Shown here piece after piece: positions 38,360 through 51,311 of a stretch of DNA of 64,000 nt (position 1 is its first letter; each line of letters opens with the position of its first letter). The notes beneath the pieces were generated by a model. It was given only the letters and a program-made list of their open reading frames with translations. It ran no database searches and was not told the DNA's origin. This DNA is from Octopus vulgaris (Eukaryota), in contig OX597825.1 of the NCBI GenBank assembly GCA_951406725.2, positions 45,570,001-45,634,000 on the forward strand, given 5' to 3'. Position numbers and translations under genes: made by a program.

Positions 38360-38660
38360 AGAGAAACTGGAAACCAGTCCTATGCTCTTTACAAAGAAAT
38401 GTAGACTAACCAGTTATTTAAGGCATTGATTGTAGAGTTGCATGACTTTGTGGTTAGAGTGTTGGACTCAGGATCATAAAATTGTGGTTTCGATTCCTGG
38501 ACCAAGCTATTTATTGTGTTCTTGAGTAAGACTATTCATTTCATGTTGCTCCACTCTACTTAGCTGGCAAAATGAATCATCCTGTGACAGATTGGCATCC
38601 TGTCCAGAAAGGAATATATATTCAGGAGAAACCGAGGAAACCAACCCCATGCTCCTTAAG
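37612..38660 (+). repeat. Two tRNA-headed SINEs (37612-37790 and 38436-38660)
   Basis: A-box-like TGGCTTAATGG and B-box GGTTTCGATTCC, with a shared body GTGTTCTTGAG.AA.AC..TTCATTTCA. Confidence 0.7.
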
Positions 38661-39279
38661 GAGTAATATGGACTAACCCCATAACCATACATATTTGCCT
38701 CAGGGTCACCTCCCTTTGCATTTTCTGGAGGGATTTACTCTTTTAACCTTTTTAAATATGCACTAAATTACCCCACAAGCCAGCAGGAGTTTGTTATTAT
38801 AGCATATATGATTTGAGCAGAGCCAGTCTTACTCACTCTTCCTTCAAACTTGTATTAGTCTGGTACAACAAAGTGGTTATCAGGATGTAGGATTTGTATG
38901 GAGTTACCTTCTCTTGGATGAGTAACTAAAAAGCTGAAGGGCCTCATCTGCCCTGGGTCCGTTAGGATGTCTGTGGGTAACCTTCTTCCAGATACATTTC
39001 CATGAAATGCTAATTAACCTACAGCTGGGGCCCTGGTAAGTGCTACTACTCTGGGTCTCCGAGTAGACCTGGGAACAATAGTGACTAAGACATGGGCTCA
39101 CACTCCACAAAGTCTTGGAACTTCCAAACCAAGTCTCCACAATCAGATACAGTCTAAAGTCAAATCCAGAATTAACAAACTATAAACCACAAATAATATA
39201 CTGTTTCTTCTTTTATTCACTTTCCTTAAATGTTTACCTTGTTTCATCCCACTTCACCTTTGTTTTAGTTAACCCTTTA

Positions 39280-40326
39280 GGAGGTGCAGGAGCGGCTGTG
39301 GTAAGTAGCTTGTTTACCAGCCACATGGTTCCGGGTTCAGTCTCACTGCGGGGCACCTTGTGAGTGGATTTGGTAGGCGGAAACTGAAAGAAGCCTGTTG
39401 TATATATGTATGTATATATATGTGTGTGGGTATGTGTTTGTGTGTCTGTGTTTGTCCCCCCAACATTGCTTTACAACTGATGCTGGTGTGTTTACGTCAC
39501 CGTAACTTAGCGGTTCGGAAAAAGAAACTGATAGAATAAGTACTAGGCTTACAAAGAATAAGTCCTGGGGTCAATTTGCTCGACTAAAGGCGGTGCTCCA
39601 GCATGACCACAGTCAAATGACTGAAACAAGTAAAAGAGTAAAAAGAGAGAGTCAAATGTAATGTTTATTTATTCACATTATTTTGAATTATCAATGCATT
39701 ATCTTGTAGATCTTGTAGATTTCAATATTGCGATTCTTTATTTTTAGAAAGACATTGTTGGGGAGGTACGAGAGGCCAGATCTGGCTGGTTTAAATGTCA
39801 AAGGGTTAAACCCAGCCTTGTTATCTCTAGCCCCACTGTATGGTACCTTGGGCAAATGTCTTCTACTATAGCCCAAAGCTGACCAAAGCCCTGTGAGAGA
39901 ATTTGGAAGAATGAAACTGAAAGAAGCACATTGTACGTGTGTGGTAAGAACTTTGCTTCTCAACCACCTGGATATGGGTTCAGTTCCACTGCATGTCATC
40001 ATGTGTAAGTGCTTTCTACTATAGCTTTGAGCTAACCTTAAAGCCTTGTGAGTGGATTTGGTAGACAGAAACTGAAAGAAGTCCATGGTATGTTTGTGTG
40101 TTTGTTCCTCAAACCACTTGACAACTGATGTTGGTGTGTTTACATCCCTGTAACTTAGTGGTTCAGCAAAAGAGGTCAACAGAATAAGTACCAGACTTCA
40201 AATAAATAAGTACTGGGGTCAATTCATTCAACTCAAAATTCTTCAGTATAGCCACAGTCTAATGACTGAAACAAGTAAAAAGATAAAAAAGATAAAGGTA
40301 TATATATATGTATATATATATCTATA

Positions 40327-40360
<34 letters not shown>

Positions 40361-40549
40361 GGTCGCGGGTTGAGTCGGGGTTAACCACAGTAAATAAGGT
40401 ACTCAATACATAGCAGAGTAAATTAATTTATTTTATAGAAGGAGTTTACAGGACTAGAACTGTTTCATTCAAAAGAAATCATCAGGAAGCTTCCTGATGA
40501 TTTCTTTTGAATGAAACAGTTCTAGTCCTGTAGAAGCTCCTTCTATAAA

Positions 40550-40580
<31 letters not shown>

Positions 40581-42435
40581 TATACACACACACTCTTTAC
40601 TCTTTTACTTGTTTCAGTCAGTTGACTGCGGCCATGCTGGAGCACTGCATTTAGTCAAGCAGATCGACCCCAGTACATATTCTTTGTAAGCCTAGTACTT
40701 ATTCTATCGGTCTCCTTTGTTGAAGCGCTAGGTTACAGGGACGTAAGCACACCAGCATCGGTTGTCAAGCGATGTTGGGGGGGACAAACACAGACATGCA
40801 AACATGTACACACAAATACATATATATATATATATACATATATATGACTGGCTTCTTTCAGTTTCCATCTACCCAATCCACTCACAAGGCTTTAGTCAGC
40901 CCGAGGCTATAGTTGAAGACACAATATATGTGGCGAGCTGGCAGAAATGTTAGCACACCAGGCGAAATGCGTAGCCGTATTTTGTCTGCTGTTACGTTCT
41001 GAGTTCAAATTCCGCCGAGGTCGACTTTGCCTTTCATCCTTTCTGGGTCGATAAATAAAGTACCAGTTTCGCACTGGGGTCTATGTAATTGACTTAATCC
41101 GTTTGTCTGTCCTTGTTTGCCCCCTCTATGTTTGACCCCTTGTGTGTAGTAAAGAAATATATAGAAGACACTCGCCCAAGGTTCCACACAGTGGGACTGA
41201 AGCCAGAACCATGTGGTTGGTAAGCAAGCTACTTACCACACAGCCACTCCTGCGCCTGGGGGGATATATCATCCAGGTGGATACTGTGGTGGCTCTCAGT
41301 CATGTTCCAGTTTACGGCTAACCACATCTATGACTACTTTTAGTTGTCAGTCACTCTGTAAATTCCTCTGATGGTAATTCCATGTTTGCTTCATTGTCTG
41401 GAATATATATTAGTAATAATTGTAATGATATTGAATATGGAGACTTATTCATCCTCAAAATTTATTTTCTCTTATTTTACAATTTTATACAGTGTATTAT
41501 TATGGTCTGTCTGTCTGCCTGTCTGTATGTGTATGTGCGTGTGTGTATGTTTGTTTCTCCCCGACCACTACTTGACAACCTGCGTTAATTTATTTATATC
41601 CCTATAATAGAGCAATTTGGCTAAAGAGAAAGTAGAATATGTAACTAGACAAAAACACTAAAAAAGCAAGTACTGAGGTTGATTTATTCAACTAAAACTC
41701 TTCAAGGTGTGCTCCAGCATGACCACAGTCCAATTACTGAAACAAATAAAAGATAAAAATCTATAATCAGTGATTTATGATTTATGGTTTTCTAACATGG
41801 ACACCTACACATGAGGAAAACTCTAAATGGTGTGTACACAAGAAAACTTTACGCTGTTCTAAACAGCTCAAGATATTGACAAATAGCTTTGCCAAGCCTT
41901 CGCAGATATCACAGAACTATTAATCAGAGAATTAGCAAAACATATGAAATATCAAAGAGACAATTAACAGAACTATGACAGAGCTGTAACAAGACATCTC
42001 ATGTGGCTGTGTGGTAAGAAGTTTGTATCGTAATCACATAGTTCAGTCCTATTGCATGGCACCTTAGACAAGTACCTTCTACTATAGCCTTGGGCCAACT
42101 GAAACATTGTTAGTGGATTTGGTAGATGGGATCTGAAAAAAAGCCCATTGGCGGGTTTCTTTCAGTTTCCATCTATAAATCCACTAATAAGGCTTTGGTC
42201 TTCCTGAGGCTGTGTGTGTGTGTGTTCATGTCTGTGTTTGTCCCTCACCACCACTTGACAAGCAGCATTAGTGTGTTTACATCCCTATAACGTAGTGGTT
42301 CGGCAAAAGAAATTGATAAAATAAGTACTAGGCTTTAAAAAATGAGTCTTGGGTTGATTTGTTTGACTCACCCCCTTCAGAGCGGTGTCCCAGAATAGCC
42401 ACAGTTAAATGACTGAAACATGTAATAGATAAAAG
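39280..42435. repeat. Cluster of one SINE family in both orientations, with nested copies
   Basis: GTGGTAAG.AG.TTG..GGTTCAGT head and GACTGAAACAAGTAAAAGA tail at 39280, 39830, 40595 (minus), 41520 and 42000. A different SINE is nested at 40928-41160. Confidence 0.75.
40430..40551. ncRNA. Palindrome encoding back-to-back type I hammerheads (plus copy 40488-40538)
   Basis: AGCUUC-CUGAUGA-UUUC UUUU GAAU-GAA-ACAG..CUGU-A-GAAGCU. The palindrome centre AAGCTT supplies stem I. Confidence 0.75.
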
Positions 42436-43270
42436 AAGTGAGCATCAACAACGATTTCAGTGATGAATTTAGTGTGAAGGCATATGTCCACCAGGGTCCA
42501 GTCCTCAGTCCTCTCCAATCCCTCTAGGTCCTATAAGCCATTACAGATGAGTTTAAGACTGTCTGTCCATGGGAACTCTGATATGCTGAAGATCTACTTC
42601 TCATTGCTGAATCTATAGGGGAATTAGAGGGGAATTCCAGGCATGGAAGCTAAACCCAGAATCAAGAAGATTTAAGATAAACCAAGCAAATATGAAAGTG
42701 TTTGTAAGTAGGAAAGAAAACAGGATGCTGGTACCCTCAGGGAAATAGCTTTGTTCAGCATGTAGAAAAGGGATAGGTATAAACTTCTCATGCTGCACTC
42801 AATGTAAGTTAAGAACACACAAGAGATATTGCAGAATCCCAGAATACCAGAGAACATAAGCTTCATATGTGATATATTCACTGGAGTAGTATTTTCTATC
42901 AACACACCAGAAATAGAATCCCTTGAATGTCTGAATGGCTCACTAAAAGTAGCTGATAGATTTTGTTACTGAGGTGATGTCCTCGACAGTTACTCTGAAA
43001 GTATAGTAGCCAGAGTAAATACAGGTTGGAAAAAGTTCAGGGAGCTACTGTCCCTGCTGGCAATGAAGGTTTTTTTTTCCTCTTGGAGAGAAGGACTGAT
43101 TGTGTGATGTCTGTGTTAGAACTGGCATGTTCCAATAGATGTAATGTCAGTGTGAATGAAAGTCAAAGAACTACTGAGCTAAAAAAAAACTGGGTTCAAG
43201 AGGAATCAGGTATCAGAGAAGATTGCACTGGAATGAGCATGTGATGTGTATGGAAAATAATGGTAGATTA
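42436..43270 (+). mobile_element. RTE LINE RT/PHD fragment
   Basis: VHQG.VLSP, WELxYAEDL and CSACRKGIG.N..CTQC. Confidence 0.75.
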
Positions 43271-44353
43271 TGTGTGAAAGGGGGCAATTATACATTGGCT
43301 TACTACTTGCTATCCTCCAGGCCAACATCTTTTCCATTTTGTTTGTTGATGCCATGAGAAATCTATATATATTGTGAGAGGCAAGATTCTCCATTAATCT
43401 CATAGCTGTACAACAGATAAATCTTCCTTACTAATGGCAATTGATCTTATTCTTCTATTAACAAACCTAATCATCCATTTCTTTATACTTGAGAAGATAG
43501 AAATTGCAAAACTATTTGTTCAAAAAATCCAATACTTTTGTACGTTGGGTGCACTGGAAAGCAGCTCCTGAACTGAGAGGCTTTTCTAAATACCTCACTT
43601 TACCTAACTTTCACCCAATCATGTTTTTTCACTTTTGTAACTTTTGTTCTCAAACACATTCACTACATCACTAAACCTAATAGCTTCAGTTTCACACAAC
43701 TTCCTCTATATGAGTGTAGTGAGGCCTGCTGGAAGTTCCCTCATGCGCATGCACAGAAAACTAGCAGCAGCGAAATTCCCTCTTTTTGCTCTCTTGAATG
43801 CCAGCAGCTGAACAAGACAGACATGTTTTATCAGCTCTCTCAAGCTGCTACCTCATGGCATGTCTTCGCTATGCTTGAACGGACAGGATTGACTCTCTCC
43901 GCTTGACTACTGTGATAACCTCTTAGGCTGCCGATTCGCCCAGAGGAAGAAATGTATATATTGCGAATCAAGAAATAAATATTTATACTGTTGAAGTTAA
44001 TCGGAAGTCTTGACTCTTTCCTTCGATTAATATTTAATGTAAAGGATGCAAGCTGCACCCATCCAGTGTGGGGACCTCCCATCCTGTTACATGAGCACCA
44101 AAATTCTCAAAATACCTTCCCTTTCCTTTAATCTTTCTTGTACTTGTTCAGCCATTGGACTGCGACCATGTTGAGGCACCACATTGAAGGGTTTAGTTGA
44201 AGAAATTTACCCTTGTACTTATATTGGTAATTATTTTATTTGTCTCTTTGTCCAAATTGCTTATTACAAAGATGTAAACAAACCAACACCAGTTGTTATG
44301 CAGTGAGCATAAGCATGAACACACTTACACACAAGCACATGCAAACACATATG

Positions 44354-44564
44354 CGGGAGGCACTGAAAAGTTCCTAGCTTTGGGTAAAAGAAAACACAGG
44401 ATGATCAGTTATGATTTTATTCAACATATGCCCCTCTCAGAGTCACACACTTGTTGCTGCAATCTCTCAGTTTTTCTAAGCCCTGTAAAAGAACTTGGAA
44501 GATTGGGCCTCCAGCCAGGCCTTTCGCGACACCCTAAAAGCCAGAAACTTTTCAGCCCCCCTTG
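44354..44564. mobile_element. Mariner-type MITE nested in a minus-strand SINE
   Basis: TIRs GGGAGGCACTGAAAAGTTCCTAGCTTT / AAAGCCAGAAACTTTTCAGCCCCCCT. Confidence 0.65.
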
Positions 44565-44874
44565 GCAGGCTTCCACACAGATTCCATCAACCAGATTTTA
44601 CTCATGAATCATTGGTCAACCCACAGCTATAGTAGAAGACACTTACTCAAAGTGCCATGCAGTGGGACTGAACCCAAAACTATGTGTGCAAAGCACACAG
44701 TAATGTCTTGCCTATTGACTAATCTTAGCATTTAAACCAGCCACATCTAACCCAAATATTCGACCTGTTTCATGCTCAGACCAGTCAGATCTGGCCTCTC
44801 ACATCGACATGACAATATCATTCTAAAAACATACAATCATATTATCAAAATGTCAAAGCTATGACATATATGGG

Positions 44875-45216
44875 AGGGGGAGATCCCAATTCAGTCATGA
44901 ATGACCATGGGATTGCACCTAGAAAGTTACTCTCCGAGGCACAAGTCTGGGCAAGATTGTTTGTGGAAGACCAGCAGTCACTCATGCACACCAGTCTCCT
45001 GTCTCCATGCCACCGATGTTATCCAAGGGAAAGGCAAAGGTCGATACAGCTTGGCACCAGTGATGTCGCAACTCATTTCAACAGCTGAGTTAAATGGAGC
45101 AACGTGAAATAAAGTGTCTTGCTCAAGAACACAACACACAGCCTGGTCCTGGAATCAAACTCAACAACCTCATGATCGTAAGCTCGAAGCTCTAACCACT
45201 GAGCCATGCACCTTCA
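44875..45216 (-). repeat. tRNA-headed SINE (plus-strand sibling at 62320-62655)
   Basis: Reverse complement of 62320-62655, with A/B box-like head. Confidence 0.75.
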
Positions 45217-45769
45217 AAAAGCTATGAGATAATGTGTGATTAATTTAAAACAATGTGAATAAATAATCATCACATTTGACAGAATAAACTGAATGCTTGA
45301 GGGTTAGAGTTCAGCTATTGGTCTCTGACCTTACAACACCCACCTTACGTTCCCTGGCTATGTCACCTTCCCCTGCTGCCATTACCACACCACACTTTCT
45401 GCTGTTACTCATACTATTTGACACAACCAACCACAACTTGCTTGCTTTAAGCAAGACTGTTGAGAGCAACACATATCTCCCAACTCTTCAATTTTCTTTT
45501 TTTCATTTGGGAAAAGGGGATTTTTTCCTAAAATACAGAATCATTAACCAACCGTCTATCTTTTACTTGTTTCAGTCATTAGACTGTGGCCATACTGGGG
45601 CACCACCTTAAATAATTTTAGTTGAACCCCAGTACTTCTTTTCTTTTTAAGCCTTGTACTTATTTCATCAACCTATTTTGCTGAACTGTTAAGCTGTAGG
45701 GATGTAAACACACCAACACTGGCTTTCAAGAAATAGTGGAGCTAAATACAAACACCATTACACACACAC

Positions 45770-45823
<54 letters not shown>

Positions 45824-46767
45824 AATGTGTAATGGTGTTTGTCTGTGTGCGTGTATTTGAGGTTACTTTAACTCCTCCCACACCATTCAACTGATTTTAA
45901 TGATTTTCGGCACATAGGTAGAGCACATGTCCTGAAGTTCATATAAGGCTGGAATTTTTCGAAAACTCGATAATGCTCAGTTGGCATTGATTTTTGTGAG
46001 CTCAATCAGACGTTTGAATGGAAATTCCCATAACGATGTTATTTTTCCTGCAGCTTTTGCATTTTTTGTCTAATTTTGATGAAAATTGATGAGTGAGTGA
46101 GGCTCATGGCAGTGAGTTGATGTCAGTATATGGCATTGCTAAAAAAATCGATAATTGTGCCTAAACTGGTTTTATAAAATCAATAAGCATTTTGCATGCA
46201 AATACCCATAAGGATTTTATTTTTGGCTGTAATTTTTATATTTTTCATCTGATTTTAATGAAATTTGAGATATAGGTAAATTTTGTGGTAGGGGAGAAGC
46301 TAAAGGTTTTAATTTAATTCCTCCTCCGCCTGCCACACATCTACTCATCCTGCAACAGCCTGCTGAATCAAATATTACATATTAATGGGTAATAGTTGGC
46401 GTGGGGAATGTAGAAGATTTCAATACAAGGTCAGAGGTGGGCTTAACATCAACACAGAAAACATTAGCAATGCTGGGTCCAACAGCTGGTATATATATAT
46501 ATAGTCCACAGATGAAATCCAGAAATTCTCCATATGGTAGTACTCAAAAGATTCAAACTTAGACTCCGATGTCTTTACAGAGGATCAATTCCACAAATAA
46601 AGAAAGGCTATAAGGAGGTAAGGGGGATCAAGGTGTGTGGGTATAGAGGCAATTTTCTTTATCTCCTTTTGCAAAATATGAATACATATATTCATATTTT
46701 GTATTTCACACCCAAACTATTATATTTAATATATTTAATGTATCTAACTTATTTTTCCACAGAGGTA

Positions 46768-48059
46768 CGAGGGGCGTTCAATAAGTAATGCCTCTGACCC
46801 ACTTGCCTTTGTTTGATCTAGCTGAAATTTTGCATGTGCAATTATTGATATCTCTATAGATTACGTGGCAAATTACAGCTCCGAACTAATTGTGGTTTCT
46901 GATTTACAGGTGTTTGAACTGAGTCAAGTGTGAAATGGAGCCTGTTGAGTGTCGAGCAGTGATCCGGTTTTTGTATTTGAAAGGACGCACACCACAGGAG
47001 ACTTTTGATGAAATGAAAGTAACTTATGGTGATGATGCCCCATCATATGACCTTGTAAAACGCTGGCATCGTGAATTCAAACATGGTCGGAACTCTGTGG
47101 AAACAGCTCTCAGATCTGGTCACCCCCTTCTGCCATTGATGAGGCATCTGTCCGTCAAGTTGAGGCTGCCATTTTGGAAGATCGATGCATAACTATTCGC
47201 CAAATAGCCCATGAGGTCAAGATTAGTACCGGGTCTGTGGAAACTATCATTCATGACCATTTGCATATGCAAAAGGTGTCTGCCAGATAGATTCCCAGGT
47301 TGCTCATACCTTTCCAGAAGCAAGAACGCGTCGAGTGCTCGAGGATGAATTTGGAGATGTGCCAAGAAGATGAGTCAAAATTTTTCAAAATACTGATTAC
47401 ACAGGATGAAACCTGGGTCCATCACTATGATTCAGAGACCACGGCCCAGTCAATGCAGTGGATGCACCGTGACTCACCTCCTCCAAAGAAGGCGAGGGTG
47501 CAGCCCTCCGCTGGCAAGGTCATGCTCACAGTCTTCTGGGACCAGGATGGAGTAGTGATGACAGATTTCCTGGCAAAAAGTACCACAATTACAGGAGCCT
47601 ATTATGCTTCACTTTTGAGGAAATTAAGAGAAGCTATCAAAATCAAGAGGTGGGGCAAGCTCAGCAAAGGCATCCTCCTCCTGCAGGACAACGCTCCGGT
47701 CCACAACTCGCGTGTCGCCAGATCAGAAGCACAGGCGTGCTGCTATGAACTCCTCCCCCATCCCCCATACGCTCCTGACCTTGCACCCTCTGATTTTCAC
47801 CTCTTCCCAGCCATGAAGTTGTTTTTGAAAGGAAAGCATTTCACAGATGATGCAGCCTTGATTTCTAAAGTCACGTCGTGGTTGGAGGACCAAGCTGGGG
47901 TCTTCTACAAAAACGGTCTCCAGCGCTGCATCAAACGATGGGAGAAATGTGTAACTCTGGGTGGTTCCTATGTAGAAAAAGACTAATAACTGTGCCAAGT
48001 TTTGTTGCTCTACTTCTATGGGAAGTGGGTCAGGGGCATTACTTATTGAACACCCCTCG
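46768..48059 (+). mobile_element. Full-length mariner transposon (1292 bp)
   Basis: TIRs CGAGGGGCGTTCAATAAGTAATGCCTCTGACCCACTT / AAGTGGGTCAGGGGCATTACTTATTGAACACCCCTCG, with TA TSDs. Confidence 0.97.
46935..47986 (+). pseudogene. Mariner D,D34D transposase with one frameshift (~47125) and one stop (~47288)
   Basis: ITQDETWV, LLQDNA and YAPDLAPSDFHLF. The WVP motif appears as *IP. Confidence 0.95.
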
Positions 48060-48225
48060 TAGCTGATATAGAAGCGAGTATGATGACTGTTCTCTATTGT
48101 CAGAGTTGAATTGACACATCCGGTTTGCGGTTGCTGTGAAAAGGTAGTGAAACAAAAAGGGCATGTATTTGCAAGAAATGAAATCACTTTCTTGCCAACC
48201 CAATGTATGTATGTATGTATATATG

Positions 48226-50415
48226 TTTTTTCATGGTAGTTTTTTAAAGAATCCATTCATAAAAAATTTTTTTAAGTAGTGTTGGTTTGCCACGAGGATA
48301 TAGTTTTTAGTTCCATTTATTCTTTTTCTCCATTCATAATTTTAAATGACGTTTACTTTCCATGACGCGTATTCTTTTTTTACATAAGTTATTTCTATGG
48401 TAACGTAATTTTGGTTTGATTTTTTTAACGGCTAAGAATTTAATTTCACTTTATAATTTGAAACTGACTTGTAAGTATGTATTTTATTTATCCTTATGTC
48501 ATATTGTTATTTTTGATATTCTGGTTAATTACGATGTATTTAATGTTGTTTTCATAGGAGTGTTTATGTATATGAGATTGTGTGTGAGTTTTTAGTTGTA
48601 TAATTTATTTATCTGTATGAGTGTGGGTGTGTAAATATTGTTGTATATATCGAGTTTAGTGAGTATGTATATGCGTATATTTGAGGGAGTATATGTATCT
48701 GTTGTGTGTGTGTGTTTTGCCTGTGTGTGTGTTTGTGTGTGAATGTGTATATGGGTTTGTTATTTAGGTTTTGGGATGTATGTGTTAATTTGTCTGTGTG
48801 TGGAGGGAGTGGTTTTTGGTGTATATTGAGGTTTATAAGTTAGTATAGGTATGTGTATAAGTCGTGGGTCTGTGGTTTACGTGTGTGTATTTGTGTGTGA
48901 ATGTTTAGGTTAGGGGGATTGCTATATAGGTTTGTTATAGAGTTTAGCAAAGGGAGATTTTATCGTTATATGTTTTTAAGATTTTTGGTTTATCATGGTT
49001 TTTTTAGGGAATTCGTGGTAATTTGTCTATTTTCGATGTTGGTTGTTTTATTGCATTGTTTCATTCATAATTTTTGAGTGGTGTTTGTTTTGCCACGTGA
49101 ATATTATTTTTAATTCCATTTATTCCATTTCTCCATTCATTAATTTAGAGATGTTCGTTTCCGGAGCGGTTATACTTTTTATACATAGGTTAAGTTCCTT
49201 GGTAAAGTAATTTTGTTCGTGTATATGTTGAGGCTTATATGTACTTGTGGGTGTGTGTGAGTGGGGTGGGTGTTTGTATTTGTTATGGGTGTGTGGTTTA
49301 CATGTGTGTTTTTGTGTGTGAATGTATAGGTTAAAGGGATTGCTATATAAGTATGTTATAGTGTTTAGTAAAGGGAGGTTTTATCATTTCTGTTTTGTGA
49401 GTTTTAGCTTATCATGGTAGTTTTATAAAAGAATCCATTCATAATTTTTGTGTTTATTTGTCTGTGTGGGGTTGAGTGGGTTTTTGGAGTATATGTTGAG
49501 GTTTATATGTATGTATTGGTATGTGTAAGTGGTGTGGGTATTTGTATATGTCGTGGGTGTGTGGTTTATGTGTGTGTATTTGTGTGTGAATGTTTAGGTT
49601 AGGGGGATTGCTATATAGGTATGTTATAGAGTTTAGTAAAGGGAGATTTTATCATTATATGTTTTTGTGAGTTTTGGTTTATCATGGTAGGTTTGTTAAG
49701 GAATTCGTAGTAATTTGTGTATATTTGCGATGTCTGTTGTTTTATTGCATTGTTTCATTCATAATTTTTAAGTAGTGTTCGTTTTACCAAGTGAATATAA
49801 TTTTTAATTCCATTTATTCCATTTCTCCGTTCATAATTTTGAGTGATGTCCGTTTTCTAGAGCGTGAATGTGGGTTGTATGTGTGTGTGTGTGGGAGTAT
49901 GAATAAGTATTGTGTTGAAGTATTTAGCTATTTTATTTATTTATAGTTGCCTAGACGTTTTTATGTGTATGTATAGGGATATATATATAGGTGTGTGGTT
50001 TAGTGTATGTAGTTAGATATGGTTATATATAATTAGGTATATGTGTATGGGTGTATATATAGTTTATTATTATATTATTATTATTTTTTTGTTTTGTTTT
50101 ATATTTTATATTTTATATTTAATTGTTGATAGGTTTATTTTAGTTTATATATTGTTTATATATTGATTATATATGGATTATATATAGGTTATATATGGAT
50201 TATATATTTATATTTTTTCATTCATACTTTAATTATTTTAAAATTATTATTTGTATATTTTAAAATATTGATATTTTAGATTGAAGTCCACCTGAAGATT
50301 GTCGATCAAGACAAGAAACGATTGTAGTGGCGTTTTTTTTGACTATTTATTAAAATTTTATGTATTGATTAAGTCTTTCCTTGTTTGTTTTGCAAAATAG
50401 TGGTTTTGTCTCTAA

Positions 50416-50423
<8 letters not shown>
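48226..50423 (+). mobile_element. GT-rich non-coding Penelope-type element with internal direct repeats and a 3' hammerhead
   Basis: Strong G/T strand skew and repeated blocks at ~48780-49200 and 49450-49865. The end TTTTGCAAAATAGTGGTTTTGTCTCTAATAAT is also found inverted at 35150-35181. Confidence 0.55.
50288..50330 (+). ncRNA. Minimal type I hammerhead
   Basis: CCAC-CUGAAGA-UUGUC..GACAA-GAAAC-GAUU-GUA-GUGG. Confidence 0.85.
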
Positions 50424-50447
<24 letters not shown>

Positions 50448-50451
50448 CTAA

Positions 50452-50879
50452 ATAAAAAGTAAAAGAGTCAAAAGGAAGAGTAAATATGGTTAGGCAGCTT
50501 TTTAATCACTACAAATGTTTCAATGCATACAGATCCTCGTATATACAGGATTTAAAGTTTAAATTAAATTATTTAATGATTTACCTGTATAAGAAGATCT
50601 ATATGTATCTCCTCAGGCGATACTCAGTTGCTGTCTCCGTAAGTAAAGAAGAAGCCATGGATGTTGTAGCATGGAAATCTGTATTTGCTTATGGAGACAG
50701 CAACTGAGTATCGCCTGAGGAGATACATATAGATCTTCTTATGCAGGTAAATCATTAAATAATTTAATTTAAACTTTAAATCCTGTATATACGAGGATCT
50801 GTATGCATTGAAACATTTGTAGTGATTAAAAAGCTGCCTAACCATATTTACTCTTCCTTTTGACTCTTTTACTTTTTAC
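50452..50879. ncRNA. ~195-bp inverted repeat, each arm holding a hammerhead with extended stem II (50505-50621 minus, 50710-50826 plus)
   Basis: AUCGC-CUGAGGA-[~88 nt, CAUAUAGAUC/GAUCUGUAUG]-GAAAC-AUUU-GUA-GUGAU. Confidence 0.7.
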
Positions 50880-50905
50880 TTTTTACTTTTTATTTTCACA
50901 CACAA

Positions 50906-51150
50906 GGAATACCTAAGACTAGAATTGGTAAACACAGTGGGGAGGAGGAGGAAGATGGTGTTGATACTGAGATGGCAGCTTCTGGTTGGGCTGCTGTAAC
51001 AACAACAACAACATCAATGACTGCAGTGACACATTCTTCAGTTGGTTTGTCAGGAACTGGTAGAAAGAAGCGGGAAATTATGACAGGAAAAGCAGCTAGA
51101 GTTTCAAGTGACTTTGATGGTGGTAGTTGTAGTGGTGGTGCTAGCAAGTG
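50906..51150 (+). CDS. Possible low-complexity exon (IPKTRIGKHSGEEEEDGVDTEMAAS..)
   Basis: Open frame of ~80 codons after a pyrimidine tract and AAG. Splice sites are weak and no homology is recognised. Confidence 0.25.
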
Positions 51151-51311
51151 GTACTAGTGGTACAAGCATATTTGGTAGTAGTAGTTGTGATAGTAATCAC
51201 AGTATTAGTAGAAGCAACAGCAGCTGTAGCAGCAGTAGCAGTGGTAGTAGTAATTATAGTAGTATCAGCAGCAGTAGTAGTAGTAGTAGTAGTACTTGTC
51301 GGTGCAGCAAT

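Noticed and set aside
45830-46490. Helitron/Helentron-like non-autonomous element
   Set aside because: Only a vague 3' motif (GCAATGCTGGGT..CAGCTGGT). Termini could not be established.
50486-50845. Two near-identical 73-aa ORFs on opposite strands
   Set aside because: By-product of the inverted repeat, with no protein features.
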